From positions 1 to 31,319 of the IMG/VR virus record IMGVR_UViG_3300003432_000012: a DNA stretch of 31,319 nt; one strand, written 5' to 3'. A model generated the notes under the pieces. The model was not told the DNA's origin. It was given only the letters and a program-made list of their open reading frames with translations, and did no database searches. This stretch comes from a virus (Duplodnaviria; Caudoviricetes). A program made the translations under genes and the position numbers. Positions within the stretch are counted from its first letter, which is position 1; each line of letters starts with the position of its first letter. This document shows, piece by piece, positions 1-6,786 of this stretch.

Positions 1-44
1 CGGCTTATGCTTATGATGACAACCTGGAAAGACAGGTTAATTAT

Positions 45-217
45 TTAAGAGGATGATATGAAATTACAAAAAAAAATAGGTTGTTACGTGGTTGAAGTTA
101 GTGACTCTAATGTGTTAACAATACGTGACTGCAATGGATGCATAGTTTTTATATCTGAAAATTATAGCGAAGAAATTTTAGAGTCAGCAATTAAAAGATT
201 AAGAGGATGATATGAAA
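45..217 (+). repeat. 19-bp perfect direct repeat TTAAGAGGATGATATGAAA (45-63 and 199-217); each copy is RBS plus start codon
   Basis: Read directly; the copies flank the 58-210 ORF. Confidence 0.85.
58..210 (+). CDS. Hypothetical 50-aa protein (MKLQKKIGCYVVEV...)
   Basis: Hand translation; AGAGGA RBS; abuts next gene; below ORF-track cutoff. Confidence 0.6.
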   Translation: MKLQKKIGCYVVEVSDSNVLTIRDCNGCIVFISENYSEEILESAIKRLRG

Positions 218-439
218 AATGATATAGAAGCATGGAAAGACATAGAGTTTTATGAGGGGTATTATCAGGTATCAAATAAAGGCAATGTTAAAAGATTAGA
301 AAAATTAATAAATAGTTCTTTCGGAGCAAAAAGAGTAATAAGAGAAAAAATTGTTAAGCCAACTTTAACAAAAACAGCAAAAACAGGCAAAGGATATTTG
401 TCAATAGGATTAAGTCAGGTAAAACATGGAGGTTTTTAA
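212..439 (+). CDS. NUMOD4-motif protein lacking the HNH nuclease domain (truncated homing-endonuclease type)
   Basis: WKDIEFYEGYYQVSNKGNVK is a typical NUMOD4 motif; the ORF ends after GYLSIGL, before any HNH. Confidence 0.75.
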   Translation: MKNDIEAWKDIEFYEGYYQVSNKGNVKRLEKLINSSFGAKRVIREKIVKPTLTKTAKTGKGYLSIGLSQVKHGGF

Positions 440-853
440 ATGAGGTGTGAATATTGCAATTCAATTATGAAAAAAGAATCCATAAGTTCGGCATCGCTAA
501 GGCTTTATTGGGCATGGATGACGGATATGTCAAAGACTCAGGTTGAAGCAATGAAAGGCCGCACTAAGGATGACTGGCATTGGGAAATGAAAATGAAGTA
601 TTTAGTTCCAATTTTCATAAGGGATGATTCAGAGTTTGCAGAGATGCATAATTGTTTACTTAGAGTATTGTCGTCGTCTATTTTTTCAGATCGACAAACA
701 ATAAAAGAGAAATTTTACGGCAATCTATCAATAACAGATGCAACACCGAAACAGGCTACAGAATACCTTAATGACATAGAGCGGTTCTGTCATTCTCAAG
801 GTGTGATGTTACGAACAGACACAGCCCTTTATAGGAAATGTTTTGGATTATGA
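440..853 (+). CDS. NinB/Orf-like recombination mediator
   Basis: LYWAWMTD...DDWHWEMK...S-T-DATPKQATEYLNDIERF..SQGV pattern; next to SSB. Confidence 0.6.
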   Translation: MRCEYCNSIMKKESISSASLRLYWAWMTDMSKTQVEAMKGRTKDDWHWEMKMKYLVPIFIRDDSEFAEMHNCLLRVLSSSIFSDRQTIKEKFYGNLSITDATPKQATEYLNDIERFCHSQGVMLRTDTALYRKCFGL

Positions 854-996
854 TTGAATTTTTATGTAGTTTTGTTTTTATGTTATGGATAAGTATTAGT
901 AAGGATTTATTTTTTTATAATCTCAAGTGGTGGGCTTATGTTCTGCCGTTTTCAATTGCTATAGAAATAATTAAACTTATAATTAATAAAGGATAA
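850..996 (+). CDS. Small hydrophobic (membrane) protein, 48 aa
   Basis: Hand translation MIEFLCSFVFMLWISISKDLFFYNLKWWAYVLPFSIAIEIIKLIINKG; ATGA overlap with upstream stop. Confidence 0.55.
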   Translation: MIEFLCSFVFMLWISISKDLFFYNLKWWAYVLPFSIAIEIIKLIINKG

Positions 997-999
997 AAA

Positions 1000-1368
1000 A
1001 TGAGAGGAACAATAATAGGTAACTGTACAGATGATGCAGTATACAAACAACTATCTAACGGTGGTGTGTTATCCGTAAATGTTGCCGAGAATGTGGGCTA
1101 CGGAGATAACAAGACCACTGTTTACTATCGGGTTAATATCTTTGGAAAACGAAGCGAAGGCCGTTTAAAAGAGTTTTTAACTAAGGGTAGGAATGTAACA
1201 GTCATAGGTGAATTTGTCCAAAAACAGTACCAGAAGAAAGACGGAACAATAGGCTATTCTAACGACATTAGAGTAGATGACATATTTCCTCATGGAAAGC
1301 TTGAAAAGTTGGGAGAATCAAAGCCAGTAAATAACTTTGATGACTTTGATGATGATATTAGTTTTTAA
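1000..1368 (+). CDS. ssb: Single-stranded DNA-binding protein
   Basis: OB-fold SSB pattern (IIGN..DA, VNIFGKR, L.KG..V.V.GE) and acidic C-terminal tail DDFDDDISF. Confidence 0.92.
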   Translation: MRGTIIGNCTDDAVYKQLSNGGVLSVNVAENVGYGDNKTTVYYRVNIFGKRSEGRLKEFLTKGRNVTVIGEFVQKQYQKKDGTIGYSNDIRVDDIFPHGKLEKLGESKPVNNFDDFDDDISF

Positions 1369-1370
1369 TT

Positions 1371-1679
1371 ATGAGACCGTCGAAGATAAAAATAGGCGAT
1401 AAATTCGATCTATTGACAATAGATAGAAAAGACCACATAAACAGGCATGGAAAGATTGTTTATGTGTGTAAGTGTATATGCGGCAATGAAGTTAAAAAAA
1501 CACAACAAGGACTTGCAAAGATGGTAAAAGCTGGAAGTCATATTAATTGTGGATGTGGTCAAAAAAATAGCTCATGGAACACAAGACGAAAAGAATTAAT
1601 TGATATGCAGCGCAAAATACCTGATGTTATTTATAAAGAAGTTATCATCGCTAATGTTAGCTCATGGTCTTGCTATTAA
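1371..1679 (+). CDS. Cys-rich protein resembling the N-terminal module of HNH/AP2 phage endonucleases
   Basis: IGDKFDLLTI...VCKCICGNE...NCGC; no HNH domain follows. Confidence 0.55.
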   Translation: MRPSKIKIGDKFDLLTIDRKDHINRHGKIVYVCKCICGNEVKKTQQGLAKMVKAGSHINCGCGQKNSSWNTRRKELIDMQRKIPDVIYKEVIIANVSSWSCY

Positions 1680-2026
1680 TGAACACAGAGCATAATAATC
1701 AATGCGCTTACTTTAGGTGGGTAAGGATTGCATATAAAGATAAGGTTATATTTGCAGTACCCAATCAGAGAAAACAATCAGCAAGAAACGGAAAATGGAT
1801 GAAAGACGAAGGAGTGTTAGCCGGGATTCCTGATATTATCATTGCTTCAAAGTCTGGTGTATACCACGGTATGTTTATTGAGATGAAATCAGAAAAAGGG
1901 AAGCTAAGTAAAAGCCAGAAAGAAATAATAGATAAGCTTGAATCTGAGGGTTATTTTGTGAAGGTTTGCTATTCATGGATTGAAGCAAAAGAAGAAACAG
2001 AGAAATATTTTAATGTATTGGCCTAA
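1679..2026 (+). CDS. VRR-NUC domain nuclease (Holliday-junction resolvase type)
   Basis: EH..Q, FAVPN, GVLAGIPD...FIEMKSEKGKLSKSQ PD-(D/E)xK motif; start placed at TAATG overlap (track start 1664). Confidence 0.88.
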   Translation: MNTEHNNQCAYFRWVRIAYKDKVIFAVPNQRKQSARNGKWMKDEGVLAGIPDIIIASKSGVYHGMFIEMKSEKGKLSKSQKEIIDKLESEGYFVKVCYSWIEAKEETEKYFNVLA

Positions 2027-2264
2027 TTTTAAATTACCACCAATTAACCTATGGAGTTTGCCAGTGTACAAAAACGACGAAGCGATGAATTTTGAATTAC
2101 AGCCATATCAGCAAGATTATAACTGGCTAAAGGCACGGCAACCAGGAGCAACATTGGCGCAACTAGAGACATTCGCTGATAAAGTTGCATTTGCTATTAA
2201 TGATAACCCTAATCAGAGTATTGACGAGATTCGGGCAACAGTTTATAGATTAATGGGGTTTTGA
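2013..2264 (+). CDS. Hypothetical protein
   Basis: ORF track; ATG at 2013 preferred to TTG at 1980. Confidence 0.55.
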   Translation: MYWPNFKLPPINLWSLPVYKNDEAMNFELQPYQQDYNWLKARQPGATLAQLETFADKVAFAINDNPNQSIDEIRATVYRLMGF

Positions 2265-2265
2265 T

Positions 2266-2454
2266 ATGATTGAAGCAATCGTAACTTTATTTATTATTGT
2301 CATTATTCAATTTTATTTAATAGATAAATTGATGAAAGAAATAATTTTTTGCCAAAAAAGTCTATTGAAGCAAGACAAGATTAACAAAGAAATAATCGAG
2401 CTGTTAACACGAAACATGGAGCAGTTAGGGTTATTTCTGACTGGTAAGATATGA
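2266..2454 (+). CDS. Hypothetical protein with N-terminal TM helix
   Basis: MIEAIVTLFIIVIIQFYLI hydrophobic segment; tight operon spacing. Confidence 0.6.
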   Translation: MIEAIVTLFIIVIIQFYLIDKLMKEIIFCQKSLLKQDKINKEIIELLTRNMEQLGLFLTGKI

Positions 2455-2630
2455 ACGGATTTAAAGGCTATACAGCTCCACTGTTTATAGGCTATCCAGA
2501 AGTACAGACAACCATAATTAATCCCCTATGCGAGATATGCGGACAACACAGATCTAAATCACATATACAATGCTCAAAGATAAAACAGGCAAGATATGAA
2601 CAACAAAGACAAAGCCAAAGAGCTATTTAA
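2451..2630 (+). CDS. Small putative Zn-binding protein, 59 aa
   Basis: Hand translation ...PLCEICGQHRSKSHIQCSKIKQ...; ATGA overlap. Confidence 0.6.
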   Translation: MNGFKGYTAPLFIGYPEVQTTIINPLCEICGQHRSKSHIQCSKIKQARYEQQRQSQRAI

Positions 2631-2721
2631 AAAGGCTGGAAAGCTGGTAGAAGAGATAAACGAACTTATTAAAAAAAGACAAGAAAAACAATGGTTAGAT
2701 GAATTTGCAGGTAAAAAATGA
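2596..2721 (+). CDS. Hypothetical 41-aa helical protein
   Basis: Hand translation MNNKDKAKELFKKAGKLVEEINELIKKRQEKQWLDEFAGKK; stop overlaps next ATG. Confidence 0.45.
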   Translation: MNNKDKAKELFKKAGKLVEEINELIKKRQEKQWLDEFAGKK

Positions 2722-2906
2722 ACGCACAAAGAGCAAACGAAAAGAAGCGCAAAGAATCCGGACAGGTAAGGCTTAGTCATGTTTGGGTATATCCTGCTAT
2801 TGAAGAATCTGTAAAGAGCTACATTAAGAATATGAACTTGATAGAATCAAGATTCAGAAAATCACGCGGTGAGCCAGTGTTTGAGGATGGTCGGTTTAAA
2901 AAGTGA
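2718..2906 (+). CDS. Small basic protein, possible ribbon-helix-helix DNA binder
   Basis: QR..EKKRKESG.VR...VWV.P followed by an amphipathic helix. Confidence 0.5.
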   Translation: MNAQRANEKKRKESGQVRLSHVWVYPAIEESVKSYIKNMNLIESRFRKSRGEPVFEDGRFKK

Positions 2907-2937
2907 AATAGTTCACAAATTTATTTTATCTTAGGTA

Positions 2938-2965
2938 TTGCATTATGCGCGTAATGTGATAGACT
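2938..2965 (+). promoter_or_regulatory. Sigma70-type promoter with operator-like palindrome
   Basis: TTGCAT-16 nt-TAGACT with extended TG; imperfect palindrome CATTATGCGCGTAATG at 2941-2956; GGAGG RBS downstream. Confidence 0.65.
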
Positions 2966-3004
2966 GTATTTCAAGTTAAACAGAAACACAAACCGGAGGA
3001 TGAA

Positions 3005-3175
3005 ATGACAACACAAGAAATACAAAGACAACAACACAACCAAATCATGAATCGTTTAGGTGATTTGGTTCGCAGAGCAGATGATCTGTTAGGAGAGACA
3101 CCTGATTGGGTTATCGAAGCAATGAGAAAGAATGAAAGAAACAACAACAAATATTCAAGGTGGGACGATGAGTGA
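3005..3175 (+). CDS. Hypothetical 56-aa protein, first gene after the promoter
   Basis: Hand translation MTTQEIQRQQHNQIMNRLGDLVRRADDLL...; strong GGAGG RBS. Confidence 0.7.
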   Translation: MTTQEIQRQQHNQIMNRLGDLVRRADDLLGETPDWVIEAMRKNERNNNKYSRWDDE

Positions 3176-3368
3176 TTGGAAACAAGATTATCTGGATGAG
3201 TTAAAGCGCACTACTGGCAAAGTGGCTAATCTTGATCCTATAAATGGTGCTTGGTTTAGGCTTGTTATAGAAGGAGAAAAAGCTCCTAGAACTTTTAGCA
3301 GTTATAGGAAAAAAGAAATAATCGAATTTACAGAAATATTAAAAGATGTTCCAACAATAGGGGAATAA
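3168..3368 (+). CDS. Hypothetical protein
   Basis: ORF track 3132-3368; ATG at 3168 has an AAGGTGG RBS. Confidence 0.6.
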   Translation: MSDWKQDYLDELKRTTGKVANLDPINGAWFRLVIEGEKAPRTFSSYRKKEIIEFTEILKDVPTIGE

Positions 3369-4162
3369 TGATGAACTCTAAAATAACTTACATAATCGCT
3401 TTTATACTGATACTAATTGCTGCATCTGGCGATAGTTTTGCTTATGATATGAGAGCCTATATAGTTTCAGGGCAAAATACATTTGTAAATGCCTATGATC
3501 AGGATGTAGCAAGGTTTACATTTTGGCCTGATGGAAGATGCAAGCAATACAAAAAGTCTGGTACATGCCTAAGCTGGCGCAAAGAATACAATAAAGCCGG
3601 ATGGGTTGAGGCAACTACAGGGCTAATTAACTTTGGCTATGATGGAAGCATGTCAGAATGTGGCGACGTTAGACCGAAGCACAGAGATAAGGGCGAGACG
3701 ATATTCTATAAACGCGGTAACAAATATGATTGCTTGCCGTTTGCTGGTTACGGCGGAATAACAGAAGCATGGACTAATAGAGCAATGCAAGTGCAAGGCA
3801 CATCAGATGCAAAGAAAGATCAAAGAGTGTTCATGATGAGTCGATTAGTTGAGTTTTTGCCAACTTACACATTAGATGGTGGCAATAGGCAAACATATCA
3901 TAATGTTATCCATTTTATTGCATTGCACGGAAGTACTGAGAAATTTATGGCAAGATGCAAGCGTCAATTAAGGGCTGGCCCCGTGGCTTATTCAAAGAAA
4001 AAAGGTTATAATATCAATGCTATGGAGTATTGGGCGGCTGAAGGAGTAGGAATAATCAAAAAAGATACTCCTTATGTTGAGAATGAGCCAGGACACAGAG
4101 GAAATAAACAATGTTTCGGTTATATGTTCGATAACGTTAACAGGGCAATGTACTTAAAATGA
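3368..4162 (+). CDS. Exported protein of unknown function
   Basis: 264-aa ORF; signal peptide ending SFA; several Cys. Confidence 0.75.
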   Translation: MMNSKITYIIAFILILIAASGDSFAYDMRAYIVSGQNTFVNAYDQDVARFTFWPDGRCKQYKKSGTCLSWRKEYNKAGWVEATTGLINFGYDGSMSECGDVRPKHRDKGETIFYKRGNKYDCLPFAGYGGITEAWTNRAMQVQGTSDAKKDQRVFMMSRLVEFLPTYTLDGGNRQTYHNVIHFIALHGSTEKFMARCKRQLRAGPVAYSKKKGYNINAMEYWAAEGVGIIKKDTPYVENEPGHRGNKQCFGYMFDNVNRAMYLK

Positions 4163-4272
4163 AACTACAAATATTAGCAGGATTGGCATTACTTTACATT
4201 ATTGCAGTATTGACAACAGAAAAAGAAGAAACATATATTTATAGACAAATGGCAAACCAGGAGGAAAAATGA
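4159..4272 (+). CDS. Small membrane protein, 37 aa
   Basis: Hand translation MKLQILAGLALLYIIAVLTTEKEE...; ATGA overlaps at both ends. Confidence 0.5.
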   Translation: MKLQILAGLALLYIIAVLTTEKEETYIYRQMANQEEK

Positions 4273-4448
4273 CAAAGCGAGAATTTATAAGGATATATTG
4301 TAAAGAATCGGAAATAACATGGAAAGAGCTAAAAAAAGAAGTCGCATGCCTGCCATGCAAATGCAGTGAAGAAGGGTGTAATGGATGGGCTATGGTGCAC
4401 AATAACAAAGAATCAATAGATATGCATAATTATTTATACAATAGGTGA
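4269..4448 (+). CDS. Small Cys-cluster phage protein, 59 aa
   Basis: Hand translation ...ACLPCKCSEEGCNGWAMV...; CAGGAGG RBS. Confidence 0.65.
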   Translation: MTKREFIRIYCKESEITWKELKKEVACLPCKCSEEGCNGWAMVHNNKESIDMHNYLYNR

Positions 4449-4453
4449 TAACA

Positions 4454-4690
4454 ATGAAAAAAGAAATGAGAGATAGAATGCGTGAAATTAAGCAATACGA
4501 GTATAACAAGTTAATAGGCAGCTCTCAAAATTACAATCAATCAGGCTTGGTAAATATTGATCCTGTATACGCTGACCAAGAAATAGAAAAAGAAGAAAAT
4601 GGAAGGCTCTTGATATGCTGGATATTGGCAGCAACGGCACTATTCACTGCAAGTGGATTAATATTTATTATTAGCAAGGTGATGGAATGA
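4454..4690 (+). CDS. Hypothetical protein with C-terminal TM helix
   Basis: ORF track; AGGTGA RBS; LLICWILAATALFTASGLIFII. Confidence 0.6.
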   Translation: MKKEMRDRMREIKQYEYNKLIGSSQNYNQSGLVNIDPVYADQEIEKEENGRLLICWILAATALFTASGLIFIISKVME

Positions 4691-4860
4691 ACTGCGACTG
4701 CCATAAAGATTTGTTAAGAAGATTACAAGTATACAACATCATTCAGTTTCTTGATAATCCTCACCAGAACTGGCATAGAAAGATGATGATTAGAAAGTAT
4801 TGGGCGCAAGATAATATTGAGTGTGCTGTATCTTGGATAGCAATATATTATTGTGTATGA
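4687..4860 (+). CDS. Hypothetical 57-aa protein
   Basis: Hand translation MNCDCHKDLLRRLQV...; ATGA overlap. Confidence 0.45.
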   Translation: MNCDCHKDLLRRLQVYNIIQFLDNPHQNWHRKMMIRKYWAQDNIECAVSWIAIYYCV

Positions 4861-4970
4861 TTATAGGCACTAATGAACAATAAGGAATTAGTAATGCTTT
4901 GATTGCAGACTTAGCATTATTATTAAACCGCTCCTTGCATAGTGGGAGTATTCCGAATAGACTATGCACC

Positions 4971-4993
4971 AACCCCCGTAACAGGGGTTTTTT
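4971..4993 (+). terminator. Intrinsic terminator closing the early/middle region
   Basis: AACCCC-CGTAACA-GGGGTT followed by a T run. Confidence 0.8.
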
Positions 4994-5007
4994 ATTGTCT
5001 AAAGAAT

Positions 5008-5055
5008 TTGACATAAATAATTTACTATGCTATATAGCAAATATTATGTTATAAT
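5008..5055 (+). promoter_or_regulatory. Promoter(s) for the packaging/morphogenesis operon
   Basis: TTGACA at 5008-5013 with TATATA 17 nt downstream; perfect extended -10 TGTTATAAT at 5047-5055. Confidence 0.6.
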
Positions 5056-5110
5056 GTATCAATAGAAACTTAACTATAGAAAATAAAGGATCTTTACACA
5101 AAGATAGTAT

Positions 5111-5446
5111 ATGGCATTTGAACCAGGACATAAGAAGATAGGCGGAAAGGAAAAAGGAACTCCAAACAAGACAAGCAGGAGCTTAATAGCACAATTAGAC
5201 GAGCTAGGGATGGCAGAAGGTAAAGATCATCCTGTTATATGGATGTATAAAGTAGCTCACGGATTGATTAAGCTTGATCGTGTTATTGATGATGTTGTTA
5301 TCCCTGATGCAGCAACACCAGAACTAAAGGTTAGTTGCATGAAAGAAGTGGCTAAATACGTAAGCCCACAACTTAAAGCAATTGAGCATAGCGGCAAGGT
5401 AGACCAAGCAATTACATATTTAGAATCCATTGATAAGGATATATGA
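5111..5446 (+). CDS. terS: Terminase small subunit (putative)
   Basis: Directly upstream of TerL; N-terminal FEPGHKKIGG..KGTPNK motif; C-terminal KAIEHSG. Confidence 0.75.
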   Translation: MAFEPGHKKIGGKEKGTPNKTSRSLIAQLDELGMAEGKDHPVIWMYKVAHGLIKLDRVIDDVVIPDAATPELKVSCMKEVAKYVSPQLKAIEHSGKVDQAITYLESIDKDI

Positions 5447-6786
5447 AGTTAACCGATAAGCAGAAGGAAGCACAAAAGATACTGGCTAATCCTTCAGATC
5501 GCATATTAAACTTCATGTTGTTTGGTGGTAGCCGTTCAGGCAAGACATTTCTTTTAACGCGTAATACAGCAGTAAGAGCAATTAAAGCTCCTGGATCAAG
5601 ACATTCTATTAATAGGTTCAGGTTTAACGCATGTAAACAGTCAATAGCGTTAGAGACATTCCCAAACGTAATGGCTAAGTGCTTTCCCAATGTAGCTTAT
5701 AAGATTGATAAAACAGATTGGTATGCCAAGTTCGATAATGAGTCAGAAATATGGTTTAACGGACTGGACGATAAGGAAAGAGTCGAGAAAGCATTGGGTA
5801 AGGAATATGCAACAATCTACAATAATGAGTGCTCTCAAATCCCTGTATCATCCAGAGACATAATGCGCACACGCCTAGCACAGAAGATAAGTGATATAGA
5901 AGGCAACCCGCTTAATCTTAGAGAGTACAACGATTGCAACCCGCCTAATAAGCTGCATTGGTCATATCTTAACTTCATACGCAAGCTTAACTCAGAGACT
6001 AAGCAAAACCTTCCCAATCCTGAGGACTATTTTAGTTTCCAGATGAACCCTAAAGACAACATGGAAAATATAGCGCCTAACTATATTGAAATGTTAATGA
6101 GCCAATCGGCAAGAGTGCAACGGAGGTTTTTACATGGTGAATTTGCAGAAGCCAACCCTAACGCGCTTTTTGATGAGTCTAGTATTGATAAGTGGCGTGT
6201 TGTGGATGGAAACCTACCTGATTTTGTCCGTGTTGTGGTTGCTGTTGACCCTTCCGGTTCAGGTGATACAGATAACGCTGACAATGATGCAATAGGAATA
6301 TGCGTAGCTGCATTGGGTACAGATGGCAATGGTTATCTGTTGGAAGATTGTACCGTTAAGTGTGGACCTAAAACATGGGGTGATATTGCCACTAGCGCAT
6401 TTGATCGTCATAACGCTGATGTTATTGTAGCTGAGATGAATTTTGGCGGTGAGATGGTAAGACACGTTATACAGACAGCAAGGCCACGTACACCATTTAA
6501 ACCTGTTAGTGCTTCGCGTGGTAAATGTGTGAGAGCAGAGCCGATTAGCGCATTGTATGAGACGGGTAAGATCCGGCACGTTGGTTATTTCACAGAATTA
6601 GAAGATGAACTCTGTGCTTTCTCCACTATTGGCTATACAGGCGATAACTCACCTAACAGAGCTGACGCTGCGATATGGGCTTTCACTGAACTATTCCCAG
6701 GTATCGTTAAGCCACGAATAGAAAGAGTAGATAGTGCTATATTCAAGCCTAAATTTACAGCTAAATCATCATGGATGGCAAGATGA
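5443..6786 (+). CDS. terL: Terminase large subunit
   Basis: Walker A GGSRSGKT, Walker B-like IYNNE, coupling motif CNP, RNase H-like VAVDP and C-terminal NRADA. Confidence 0.95.
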   Translation: MKLTDKQKEAQKILANPSDRILNFMLFGGSRSGKTFLLTRNTAVRAIKAPGSRHSINRFRFNACKQSIALETFPNVMAKCFPNVAYKIDKTDWYAKFDNESEIWFNGLDDKERVEKALGKEYATIYNNECSQIPVSSRDIMRTRLAQKISDIEGNPLNLREYNDCNPPNKLHWSYLNFIRKLNSETKQNLPNPEDYFSFQMNPKDNMENIAPNYIEMLMSQSARVQRRFLHGEFAEANPNALFDESSIDKWRVVDGNLPDFVRVVVAVDPSGSGDTDNADNDAIGICVAALGTDGNGYLLEDCTVKCGPKTWGDIATSAFDRHNADVIVAEMNFGGEMVRHVIQTARPRTPFKPVSASRGKCVRAEPISALYETGKIRHVGYFTELEDELCAFSTIGYTGDNSPNRADAAIWAFTELFPGIVKPRIERVDSAIFKPKFTAKSSWMAR

